From the NCBI GenBank assembly GCA_965116925.1, contig OZ220744.1, forward strand, positions 3,840,001-3,904,000: DNA of 64,000 nucleotides. The letters run 5' to 3'. Of this stretch, positions 37,924-46,902 are shown in pieces; position 1 is the stretch's first letter, and the number at the start of each line of letters is the position of its first letter. Made by a program: the position numbers and the translations under genes. The stretch is from Candidatus Poribacteria bacterium. Lineage in GTDB: Bacteria; Poribacteria; WGA-4E; PCPOR2b. The notes under the pieces were generated by a model. It had not been told where the DNA came from, did no database searches, and saw only the letters and a program-made list of their open reading frames with translations.

Positions 37924-38793
37924 ATGTTTCGCACGATCTTATTATTTTTAATTGGCATCTCGTTAATCTGCCAGTTTCTACCAATAGGTGTGGATGCCAA
38001 AGTCCTTGGTTACTGGACCTTTGACGACCAAAAGAAGCTCGGGCAGGATTTGTCACACTTCGGAAATGATGGGGAATTGAAGGCAGGGGCTTGGACACGG
38101 CAAGGAAAGGTCGGCGGTGCGTTGAACCTAACAGGTGGCGGGGACCAAGCACCACACTACTTTGAGGTGCCTCATGACAATAGCCTAAATGTCAAAGACC
38201 AAGTGACCTTGATGTGTTGGATCAGTTTTAGCGGTCCCGCAGAAGAACAGAGTTTAATCTATAAAAATGGTCCCTTTATATTAGAAGGCGACAAGAAAGA
38301 TCGGACGTTTTGGTCATCTTATGGATTGGTTAAGTGGCGTGATAGGTGTGCATGTGGTACTTTTGGATTCGATGCGAACACAGAAGGCGGCCGATCGGCT
38401 GTGTTGCCCGGGGATCCGTTGATTCCCGAACCAAATGATTGGCACCATGTTGCGGCAGTAGCAGACGGCACTGAAATTAAAATCTACCGAGATGGCAAAG
38501 AGAGGGCAAAAGGTGCCCAACGCGGACCGTTTAGAAATTCCGAGCAGTCTTTGACAATTGGTTACGATCACCGCGTTCCGGTGGACCGGGTCGGCGGTGC
38601 GAGACGTCACCTGCGGGGCACCATAGATGAAGTGATGGTTCTCGATCAGGCACTGACCCCGGCTCAGGTTCAAGAGGCGTTTAATCTCGGTGAAAGAGGG
38701 AAGTCCCTCACCGAGATGGTGGAGATTTTTTCGGTCGAAACCGAAGGCAAATTAGCCACGCAGTGGGGCGCGATTAAATCGACAAGACAGTAA
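37924..38793 (+). CDS. Secreted LamG-like jellyroll (concanavalin A-like) protein 1
   Basis: Signal peptide; 'GYWTFD', 'GKVGGAL', 'TLMCW', 'WHHVAAV', 'GTIDEV'; C-terminal motif. Confidence 0.85.
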   Translation: MFRTILLFLIGISLICQFLPIGVDAKVLGYWTFDDQKKLGQDLSHFGNDGELKAGAWTRQGKVGGALNLTGGGDQAPHYFEVPHDNSLNVKDQVTLMCWISFSGPAEEQSLIYKNGPFILEGDKKDRTFWSSYGLVKWRDRCACGTFGFDANTEGGRSAVLPGDPLIPEPNDWHHVAAVADGTEIKIYRDGKERAKGAQRGPFRNSEQSLTIGYDHRVPVDRVGGARRHLRGTIDEVMVLDQALTPAQVQEAFNLGERGKSLTEMVEIFSVETEGKLATQWGAIKSTRQ

Positions 38794-38825
38794 GCGGCTT
38801 GTACGTTGTGGAAATATGACTCTAG

Positions 38826-38868
38826 ACCCACTATCTGACTCATATTGATATGGATAGTGGGTTTTTTT
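38826..38868 (+). terminator. Rho-independent terminator within the LamG array
   Basis: acccactatct...ggatagtgggt followed by a T run. Confidence 0.6.
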
Positions 38869-38886
38869 ACAAAAGGAGGGTTATCC

Positions 38887-39753
38887 ATGTATCGCATTGG
38901 ACCAATTTTTGTATTTCTGTGCATCTATTTTTTCAGTGTGTTGCCTAGCCACGTTGACGCCAAAGCCCTCGGTTACTGGATGTTTGATAACAAAAATGAG
39001 GTAGGGAAGGATTCTTCGGGCTTTGACAATCACGGCGAGCTGAAAAAGGCTGCCGTCCATGATGTAAAGGGACAAGTCGGCGGTGCCTTGAAATTGGATG
39101 GGGTCTCATGGCTTGAAGTCCCGCATGATGATAGCCTCAACGCCAAAGATCAGATTACTCTGATGTGTTGGGCAAATTTTGATGCCGGCGCTTTAGGGGA
39201 ATCCAGCGAGGTATCCTTGATTTACAAGAACGGTCCTTTTATATTAGAGGGGGATCAGAAAGACCGGCGATTTTGGACCTCTTATTCGCTGGCAAAGCTT
39301 CGTCCAAGAAAGAAGTTGGGAAGTTTTATATTTGAAGCGCAAATGACGGAGGGGCGTGTGTTTACAGCCCCTGGGGATAAAGACCATCCCGAAGTAAACG
39401 AATGGTATCACATTGCAGCGACAGCTGATGGCACAAAGGTGCGACTTTACACCAACGGAGTCGAAAAAGCATCCGCTGACCAGAGGGGTGAGTTCAAACC
39501 TTCGGAACAGGTGTTAACGATTGGCTTTGATTTACGTATTCCGCCGGACCGCGGTGGATCTAAGCCTTATCATTTTGGACTCCTCGATGAGGTAATTATT
39601 CTCGATAAGGCAATAACCCAAAACCAAGTCAAAGAAGCAATGGAGTTAGGCGAAAAAGGGAAATCGCTTGACAATTTTGACGTGCTCTTTGACGTCGCCC
39701 CTCAAGGCAAATTGGCTGTCAGATGGGGGGAACTTAAAGCAGGAAGCAAGTAA
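38887..39753 (+). CDS. Secreted LamG-like jellyroll protein 2
   Basis: Paralogue of protein 1; RBS AAAGGAGG. Confidence 0.85.
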   Translation: MYRIGPIFVFLCIYFFSVLPSHVDAKALGYWMFDNKNEVGKDSSGFDNHGELKKAAVHDVKGQVGGALKLDGVSWLEVPHDDSLNAKDQITLMCWANFDAGALGESSEVSLIYKNGPFILEGDQKDRRFWTSYSLAKLRPRKKLGSFIFEAQMTEGRVFTAPGDKDHPEVNEWYHIAATADGTKVRLYTNGVEKASADQRGEFKPSEQVLTIGFDLRIPPDRGGSKPYHFGLLDEVIILDKAITQNQVKEAMELGEKGKSLDNFDVLFDVAPQGKLAVRWGELKAGSK

Positions 39754-39840
39754 AACGGACCAATAACACAAATTGATATTATCTATCTTCCTATGACAAA
39801 GACGGGTGGATAGATTGTTTCGATGAAAGGAGTGTTATCA

Positions 39841-40701
39841 ATGTCTCGACGAATAATTATTTTGGGTTGCGTCATCATCTACTGCCTTTGCTTTCCCTTG
39901 ATAACCGTTGATGCCAAGCTTCTCGGCTATTGGGCTTTCAACAGTAAAAAGGACTTTGGCAAGGATTCCTCTCCGAACCGCAACGATGGAGTGGCGAAAG
40001 GCAACGGAACTGCTGAATGGATTGCAAGAGGCAAAGTAGGTGGCGGGTTGAAACTGAAAGATGGTTGGCTTGAGATCCCTCACGATGATAGTCTTAACGT
40101 GAAGGATCAGATTACGCTGATGTGTTGGGTTCAATTCAGTGGCGAGGGTGATCCATTTGGTGGTACAGGTCGGGATCAGTCCCTCGTTTGGAAGAACGGT
40201 CCATTTGCGACAAACAAGCGATTCTGGACCTCTTATGCCTTGCGCGTATGGCGCAGACATACCAAGTTTGGTAGTTTCGGCATTGATGCCAACATGACAG
40301 AAGGTCGAAGCGCGGCAGCGGATCCAGACTTTCCTGACCCAGGGGATGCAGACAAAACGTGGTATCACATTGCGGGCGTCGCTGATGGAGCAGAGGTCCG
40401 AATTTATACCGATGGGAAACAGAAGAAAGCCTCCCCGCAACGGGGGGAATTCCAAGCAACAGATCTCCCTTTAACGATTGGCTACGACTTACGTCCCGGC
40501 TTGTTGGCTGGGCGCGAATATCTCTACGGGATTATTGATGAGGTCGTAATCGTAGATACAGCATTGACTGAGGCTCAAATCAATGCAGCAATGGATTTGG
40601 GTAACAAAGGAAGGTCGCTTGAGGGATTCGGTCCCGTTTTTGCTGTTGACCCCAAAGGCAAATTAGCCACGCAATGGGGGGAAATTAAAGCGCGGAAGTG
40701 A
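39841..40701 (+). CDS. Secreted LamG-like jellyroll protein 3
   Basis: Paralogue; RBS AAGGAG. Confidence 0.85.
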   Translation: MSRRIIILGCVIIYCLCFPLITVDAKLLGYWAFNSKKDFGKDSSPNRNDGVAKGNGTAEWIARGKVGGGLKLKDGWLEIPHDDSLNVKDQITLMCWVQFSGEGDPFGGTGRDQSLVWKNGPFATNKRFWTSYALRVWRRHTKFGSFGIDANMTEGRSAAADPDFPDPGDADKTWYHIAGVADGAEVRIYTDGKQKKASPQRGEFQATDLPLTIGYDLRPGLLAGREYLYGIIDEVVIVDTALTEAQINAAMDLGNKGRSLEGFGPVFAVDPKGKLATQWGEIKARK

Positions 40702-40773
40702 CTATTGTCCGCGTCTTAAACCAAGGATGCATTCACTCCCCAATTTGGCTAGAAAGTGAAAGGAGAATTTCCA

Positions 40774-41631
40774 ATGTTTCGTATGATTTTAAGTACTGGG
40801 ATTTTGTTAATCTGCTTTTTATGTTGCTTGACAATGAATGTCGATGCGAAAGTCCTCGGTTATTGGACGTTTGATGACAAAAATGATCTCGGTGAGGATT
40901 CGAGTCCACTCGGCAATGATGGAGAGATAAAGGGCGATGGAAGTGCCGAATGGACTGCAAAAGGTAAGGTAAGCGGCGGATTGAGTCTAAATAATGCTTG
41001 GATTGAAGTGCCACACAACGATAGTCTCAACCTCAAAGATCAAGCAACCCTGATGTGTTGGGTTAAATTTGCCAACCCCGGCGATTTTGCCGCTGGCGGT
41101 GGTCGGGAACAGTCCTTAATCTGGAAGTATGGACCGTTTGAAACAAACAAGCGATTTTGGACATCTTACGCTTTGCGCGTGTGGCGTCCCAAATCAAACT
41201 TCGGCAGTTTCGGATTTGATGCCAATATGACAGAGGGACGCAGTGCGGCCGTTGATAAAGAATTTCCTGACCAAGGAGATATAGAGGGAACATGGTATCA
41301 CATCGCAGCGACCGCTGATGGCGCAGAAATTCGGGTCTATACCAACGGCAAAGAGACGGGAAAGGGAATCCAAAGAGGCGTATTTCAGGCTTCTGATCTG
41401 CCTCTAACAATTGGGCATGATTTGCGTCCTATATTAGCACATCATGCGTTTGTCAACGGTATCATGGATGAAGTTGTAGTCGCGGATAAAGCATTGACCG
41501 CTGCCGAGATCAAAGAGGCAATGGCATTGGGTGAAAAAGGAAAGCCAATTGAAGGGTACAATCCGATCTTTGCTGTTGAGCCCGCGGACAAATTGGCCAC
41601 CCAATGGGGCGCAATTAAAGCACGGAGGTAG
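40774..41631 (+). CDS. Secreted LamG-like jellyroll protein 4
   Basis: Paralogue; RBS AAGGAG. Confidence 0.85.
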   Translation: MFRMILSTGILLICFLCCLTMNVDAKVLGYWTFDDKNDLGEDSSPLGNDGEIKGDGSAEWTAKGKVSGGLSLNNAWIEVPHNDSLNLKDQATLMCWVKFANPGDFAAGGGREQSLIWKYGPFETNKRFWTSYALRVWRPKSNFGSFGFDANMTEGRSAAVDKEFPDQGDIEGTWYHIAATADGAEIRVYTNGKETGKGIQRGVFQASDLPLTIGHDLRPILAHHAFVNGIMDEVVVADKALTAAEIKEAMALGEKGKPIEGYNPIFAVEPADKLATQWGAIKARR

Positions 41632-41703
41632 GAGTTGTCTGTATCTAAAATCAAACACACACTCACTACCCAATCTGGCTCGCAGATGCAAGGACAATCT
41701 TTA

Positions 41704-42561
41704 ATGTTGCGTACCGTTTTAGGCACTTGGGCGTTGTTAATCTGCCTTCTATGTTGTTTGACGACCAACGCTGATGCAAAAGTCCTCGGCTATTGGGCTT
41801 TCCAGAGCAAAAAGGATCTTGGCAAGGATTCCTCCCCAAATCGTAATCATGGGGAGCTCAAAGGCGAAGGTTCAGCGGAATGGATTGCGAAGGGCAAAGT
41901 AGGCGGCGGGATAAAATTTGATGGTAAGTCTTGGCTTGAAGTGCCTCACGATAATAGCCTCAACGTGAAGGACCAAATTACACTGATGTGTTGGGCGAAA
42001 TTTGGTAATCCCGGCGATTTTACAGGGGATGGTCGGGAGCAGTCCTTAATCTGGAAGTATGGACCGTTTGAAACAAACAAGCGATTTTGGGCTTCTTATG
42101 CCTTGCGCGTGTGGCGTCCCAAATCAAGATTCGGCAGTTTCGGATTTGATGCCAATATGACGAAGGGACGCAGTGCAGTGGTCGATCCAAAATTTCCGGA
42201 TCAGGCTGACTTGGAAGAAAACTGGTATCACATTGCAGCGACTGCTGATGGCACGGAGATCCGAGTTTATACTAACGGTAAAGAAACAGCAAAGGGACCC
42301 CAAAGGGGCGAGTTTCAGGCTTCTGAGTTGCCCCTAACGATTGGTCATGACCTGCGTCCCATACTCATACATTTTGCTTTTATGAACGGTATCATGGATG
42401 AGGTTGTGGTCGCTGACAAGGCACTGACCGGAGCTGAAATCAAAGAAGCAATGGAATTAGGCGAAAAAGGGAAACCGATTGAAGGGTACAATCCCATTTT
42501 TGCCGTTGAGCCCGAGAGTAAATTAGCCACCCAATGGGGTGCGATTAAGGCGCGGAAATAG
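41704..42561 (+). CDS. Secreted LamG-like jellyroll protein 5
   Basis: Paralogue; start MLRTVLG chosen by alignment of the upstream region with gene 4. Confidence 0.85.
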   Translation: MLRTVLGTWALLICLLCCLTTNADAKVLGYWAFQSKKDLGKDSSPNRNHGELKGEGSAEWIAKGKVGGGIKFDGKSWLEVPHDNSLNVKDQITLMCWAKFGNPGDFTGDGREQSLIWKYGPFETNKRFWASYALRVWRPKSRFGSFGFDANMTKGRSAVVDPKFPDQADLEENWYHIAATADGTEIRVYTNGKETAKGPQRGEFQASELPLTIGHDLRPILIHFAFMNGIMDEVVVADKALTGAEIKEAMELGEKGKPIEGYNPIFAVEPESKLATQWGAIKARK

Positions 42562-42653
42562 AAGTTGTTCAGATCGGTTGTTTGCTGATGGGGGTCGGCA
42601 AACTCCGTGCATTCTCACGTATTCGGCTGCAGCTATAGATAGGGGGGTAATCA

Positions 42654-43529
42654 ATGTTTCGTATTATGTTAGTTTTCGGCGTGCTGTTAATCTATCTTTT
42701 GTGTTGCCCCTTGACTAACACTGATGCCAAACTCCTCGGTTATTGGGCTTTCGAGGATAAAAATAATCTAGGGAAAGATTCCTCTCCAAGCCGCAATCAT
42801 GGAGAAACGAAAACGTTCGTCGGTGAAGCACAATGGACGGACAAGGGCAAGGTAAAGGGAGGGCTGCAACTACCGAATGGTCAAGAAACTTGGCTTGAAG
42901 TCCCGCATCATGAAAGCTTGAATGTGAAGACAGGGCAAATCACCATGATGTGTTGGGTCAAGTTTACGGACCCCGGGGCTTTTACAGGCTTCGGTGAAGA
43001 TGGCTCCTTGATTTGGAAAAATGCGCCTTATGCAGAAAATAAGCGATTCTGGACTTCGTACGCCTTGCGACTGTACCGACCGGGGATTAGTCGAGGCTCG
43101 TTCTCGTTTGACGCAAATATGACGGAGGCACGAGCAGCGGCAATTGATCCGGATTTTCCACTCGTCGTGGATGAATGGTATCACGTTGCAGGGGTTGCTG
43201 ATGGTACAAAAGTAAGAGTTTACACCAACGGAAAAGAGAAAGCAGCTGGCGATCAGCGGGGGGTATTCCAACCTTCTGATAATCCGTTGACAATCGGGTT
43301 TGATCTGCGCGATCCGAATGAACCTGTTGCTCGACATTTTCTGGGATTTGTTCGAGGTATCATGGATGAAGTGGTAATTTTAGACCATGCGCTGACCGCA
43401 GGTCAAATCAAAGAAGCCATGGAGTTGGGCGAAAAAGGGAGGTCGCTTGAGAGTTTCCAGCCTGTCTTCGGCGTGGAACCTCAAGGTAAGTTAGCAGTTA
43501 AATGGGGCGAGATCAAAATGGCAAAGTAG
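42654..43529 (+). CDS. Secreted LamG-like jellyroll protein 6
   Basis: Paralogue. Confidence 0.85.
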   Translation: MFRIMLVFGVLLIYLLCCPLTNTDAKLLGYWAFEDKNNLGKDSSPSRNHGETKTFVGEAQWTDKGKVKGGLQLPNGQETWLEVPHHESLNVKTGQITMMCWVKFTDPGAFTGFGEDGSLIWKNAPYAENKRFWTSYALRLYRPGISRGSFSFDANMTEARAAAIDPDFPLVVDEWYHVAGVADGTKVRVYTNGKEKAAGDQRGVFQPSDNPLTIGFDLRDPNEPVARHFLGFVRGIMDEVVILDHALTAGQIKEAMELGEKGRSLESFQPVFGVEPQGKLAVKWGEIKMAK

Positions 43530-43594
43530 TTTAATCTTTGTTAGGATTTCAAAACCGTAGCGGGGTTTAACTCAACTAACAGGAGGTATGACCA

Positions 43595-44449
43595 ATGTCT
43601 CGACGGTTTATCATTTTTGGGGGAGTGCTCATTTTCCTTCTCGGCACTTTTCTAGTAGATGTTGATGCCAAGCTTCTCGGCTATTGGACGTTTGATGTCA
43701 AAGCGAATGCACACAAGGATTCTTCTCCCAATAACAACCACGGAGAATTCAAAGGGGGTGCCGGATGGACGCCACAGGGCAAGGTTGGCGGCGGCGTTGT
43801 ACTAGAGGAAGGGGCGGACTCCTACTTTGAGGTCCCTCATGACAACAGTCTGAATACGAAGGATCAGGTCACGTTGATGTGCTGGGTTAAATTTACACGA
43901 CCCGATTTCGGAAGAGATCAGTCCTTGGTTTGGAAAAACGCGCCTTTTAAGGAGTCAAACAAGCGATTTTGGGCTTCTTATGCACTGCGAACGTTTCGTG
44001 AAGGGTTTAAGTTAGGCGGGTTCGCATTTGATGCCAATACGGAAGGTGGCCGAACGGCTGCGGTAGATCCAGATTTTCTTGTAGCGAATGATTGGTATCA
44101 TGTTGCCGCGGTCGCAGATGGCAAAGAGGTCAGAGTCTATACTAACGGGAAGGAAAAAGTGGTTAAGGAACAGAGAGGCGCGTTTCAAGCAACTGAATTC
44201 CCGTTGACCATTGGCCACGATTTGCGTGACCCGGACGCTGGTAAAGTCCGCCGGGATCAGTTAGGATATGTCCAAGGCATCATGGATGAAGTGGTGGTCC
44301 TCAGTCACGTACTGACCGCTGCTCAAGTTAAAGAAGCCAAAGAGCTAGGGGACCGTGGGAGGTCACTCGACAAATATGTTCCAGTCGCTGCGGTCGAACC
44401 CACCGGCAAAATAGCCGTTAAATGGGCGGAGATTAAAGCGCGGAGGTGA
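43595..44449 (+). CDS. Secreted LamG-like jellyroll protein 7
   Basis: Paralogue; RBS AGGAGG. Confidence 0.85.
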   Translation: MSRRFIIFGGVLIFLLGTFLVDVDAKLLGYWTFDVKANAHKDSSPNNNHGEFKGGAGWTPQGKVGGGVVLEEGADSYFEVPHDNSLNTKDQVTLMCWVKFTRPDFGRDQSLVWKNAPFKESNKRFWASYALRTFREGFKLGGFAFDANTEGGRTAAVDPDFLVANDWYHVAAVADGKEVRVYTNGKEKVVKEQRGAFQATEFPLTIGHDLRDPDAGKVRRDQLGYVQGIMDEVVVLSHVLTAAQVKEAKELGDRGRSLDKYVPVAAVEPTGKIAVKWAEIKARR

Positions 44450-44491
44450 GTGGGTGTAATTGAGTCTAGGTTGTTCGGAAGTAGAAATTCC

Positions 44492-44521
44492 TTGACAAGC
44501 TAACCGCGTCTGATGTAGACT
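44492..44521 (+). promoter_or_regulatory. sigma70 promoter of tRNA-Leu
   Basis: TTGACA-18nt-TAGACT. Confidence 0.55.
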
Positions 44522-44555
44522 GTAGCGGTTGTTAAACCGGCAGCAAACGGCCTAC

Positions 44556-44641
44556 GCCGGGATGTTGGAATTGGTAGACAAGCTAGATTCAGGATCTAGT
44601 GGGCCCTTTCGCCCGTAGGGGTTCAAATCCCCTTCCCGGCA
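44556..44641 (+). tRNA. tRNA-Leu(CAG), long variable arm, CCA not encoded
   Basis: Acceptor gccggga/tcccggc+a; D-loop ggaattggtagac; anticodon arm ctaga-ttCAGga-tctag; T-loop gttcaaat. Confidence 0.95.
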
Positions 44642-44646
44642 TTTAT

Positions 44647-44878
44647 CTAAAAAATCTTGGCTCATGTAAAAAGAAAGTGCAAAACACGAAGCGAAATCGT
44701 AGGGGCGGGGTCTCCCCGCCCGCCGTAAGGGTTGGGGGACCCAACCCCTACGAATATTCGGTTTCTCTGCATTAAATCTTAACATGAGCGAAAATCTTTA
44801 GGTCTGTATCCCAAACATTTATGTTTGGGATACAGACGGCTGACGCACATATCATGTAGCGTCGTTTTTTTTGTATCA
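44647..44878 (+). mobile_element. Orphan IS200/IS605 left end related to the tnpB element, interrupted by a MITE E copy
   Basis: TTAT|ctaaaaaatctttagg...gtatcccaaacatttatgtttgggatac...tagcgt...tttttttgtat parallels 8831-8912. Confidence 0.65.
44659..44790. mobile_element. MITE family E copy with different REP cargo
   Basis: ggctcatgtaaa / ttaacatgagcg; 8-bp direct repeat aaaatctt; cargo gtaggggcggg...cccgccc and gggttgggg...ccaacccctac. Confidence 0.8.
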
Positions 44879-44889
44879 CGCCTTTTATC

Positions 44890-46734
44890 TTACCGGATCA
44901 CCGCGAACTTTCCACTCACCGAATTCTTTCCCCTTTGCCCCTCTCTCAAGGCTTCAATGTGATAGACGTAGATACCGGGGGCGATCTGTTCCCCAACCTC
45001 GTTCCGTCCATCCCAACGTTGAATTGAGGTGTTGTTGCGATGGTCAATCTGTTTGATGAGATCGCCGGTACTGTTGTAGATTTGGATTGTTGCACGGTCG
45101 GGTAGATTGCGGAATTCCATTGGATGCGAGCCCCCGTTCAGACGATATGGATTTGGGACAAAAATCACCTTGTCTAAGTTCAATTCAGGGGCTGCGATGG
45201 TTTCTTCAGGGAGAGTGACATCTACGATTTGAGAGAGTTGACTTTCTCCACCGGATGGATTCGTCGCAGTGATTGCGTAGAAATACCGGGAACCCGGGTA
45301 GCCATCGTGGTCAACAAAAGTAGAAGTTCCGGACGGGACCGATGCAATCCGCGTCCATGGGTCACGACCGGTGTGGTTACGATAGATAAAATATCGGCTG
45401 ATATTACGTGTAGATTTTGTCCAACCGAGGATAATCTGGTCTCCGTCGCGTGTTGCTGCTAAACCTGTCGGCACATCCGGAAAATGATCTGGGCTGATAC
45501 TGACGGCAGAGGAATCAAATTCAAGCAGTTGCTCGCTGGCGTGCACAGGACGAATTTTGTAGGTGTATTCTACGCCGCCCTGAATTTCTCTGTCGTCAAA
45601 GGTGGTTCCTGTGATAATCCGCCCAACCTGCCGGAATCCATCCTCACTCCCTGCCTGTCTCAAAACAGTATAGCCAACCACTGGATTGATCGCTGCCCCC
45701 CATTTCAACCGAACGGTTCCTCTGACAACTTCAGCAGTTAATCGTTGCGGCGTAAAGGTAACAGTTTTTGCCGCATTGATATTTTTCTGTAGGTCTGCTA
45801 AGTTTTCGCCGGCGACGAGAGCAAAAGTAACAACGATAAACTGGTTAGGCGGTATGTCATAAGGACCCGCTGAAATAATGGATACATAATCCCAAGGTGG
45901 AAGGTTAAGTGCCTCTAAATGGTCCTTTCTGGCAGTAAAAATATCTGGATTAGCCATGAAAAGGGATCGACCTTCATCTAAAAACAGGTCTAAGATTTGT
46001 CGCTTCTCAAGATCGAAAAACGGGATAATCTGATGGGTATTCAACTTCCCGTCCAGCAAGGTGAGACCTGTATGTACCTGATTAAGCCCATCGGTATCAT
46101 CTCCATCATAGGTAAATAGCGTTTGATGTGCTTCATCCCAATCCACCCAATCCTGGCTTAATTCCCCAGTTGCTAAATCGGTCCCATCGACATCCCAGTT
46201 TGCCATCGTTGCGACATAGATACCCTCAAGTGTTTCATTGCCGTTGTTTTTGACAGTCAGCCTTATCACAACGAAATCGCCTGCATCGGGCTGATTATTG
46301 GTGCTCCAAGAAAAACTCTGCTGACCAACTGCGATATTGAGCGGAAAACCAGCGATCCCGGATGAGTCGTATCGTGCTATAATTGTCTGTCGTTCATCTG
46401 GATCTACTTTTGCAACATTCGTTGGTGCGGCTTGCCATTCCCCAATTTCGAGGGGACCCAGGTCAGTGGGATCTAAATCCCATGCACTCGCTACATTTCC
46501 ATTTGCATCACCGACCCAAATCTCCGATAGCTCGTGGAGATAGTAGGCCTCTCCAGATTTGGTAAATCTAAAGTTGCTAGTCAGTCCATCTTCCCCAATT
46601 GCGGCAAGCGAGCCCTCACCGACTATGTGGAATTCGACATTTCCCGATGTGTGTACTTGAGTCAAACCGATAATTGGGGCAATCAGGTTGATGAGAAACC
46701 AAATCGCACCTAGAAAGATTTTTTGAATTTTCAT
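44890..46734 (-). CDS. Secreted protein with fibronectin type III repeats and a C-terminal FlgD-Ig/T9SS-type-A-like domain
   Basis: 'PTGLAAT...LGW...YFIYR...YFYAITATN..GES'; 'VPNPY...IQIYNSTGDLI...WDGRN..G...PGIYVY...GKFAVIR'. Confidence 0.8.
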   Translation of the reverse strand: MKIQKIFLGAIWFLINLIAPIIGLTQVHTSGNVEFHIVGEGSLAAIGEDGLTSNFRFTKSGEAYYLHELSEIWVGDANGNVASAWDLDPTDLGPLEIGEWQAAPTNVAKVDPDERQTIIARYDSSGIAGFPLNIAVGQQSFSWSTNNQPDAGDFVVIRLTVKNNGNETLEGIYVATMANWDVDGTDLATGELSQDWVDWDEAHQTLFTYDGDDTDGLNQVHTGLTLLDGKLNTHQIIPFFDLEKRQILDLFLDEGRSLFMANPDIFTARKDHLEALNLPPWDYVSIISAGPYDIPPNQFIVVTFALVAGENLADLQKNINAAKTVTFTPQRLTAEVVRGTVRLKWGAAINPVVGYTVLRQAGSEDGFRQVGRIITGTTFDDREIQGGVEYTYKIRPVHASEQLLEFDSSAVSISPDHFPDVPTGLAATRDGDQIILGWTKSTRNISRYFIYRNHTGRDPWTRIASVPSGTSTFVDHDGYPGSRYFYAITATNPSGGESQLSQIVDVTLPEETIAAPELNLDKVIFVPNPYRLNGGSHPMEFRNLPDRATIQIYNSTGDLIKQIDHRNNTSIQRWDGRNEVGEQIAPGIYVYHIEALREGQRGKNSVSGKFAVIR

Positions 46735-46902
46735 CTTTACCTTACTTTGATGGTATATGTAAATGAGCTCTTGAAAGCAATTGAAATAGCATAGCAGAAG
46801 TGGAAGAGGGTGTCAAGATTAGAAAACAGTTGCGGAATGTTTGAAAATAAACTACAATCTAAAATAGTGAAATGAATACCCACACCCAACTTGGAAAGAA
46901 CT

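Noticed and set aside
37924..44449. Diversity-generating retroelement acting on the LamG array
   Set aside because: No reverse transcriptase in the window, and mismatches between near-identical segments include C/T changes rather than being adenine-specific
44556..46734. Genomic island or prophage integrated at tRNA-Leu
   Set aside because: No integrase and no duplicated tRNA 3' end seen in the window
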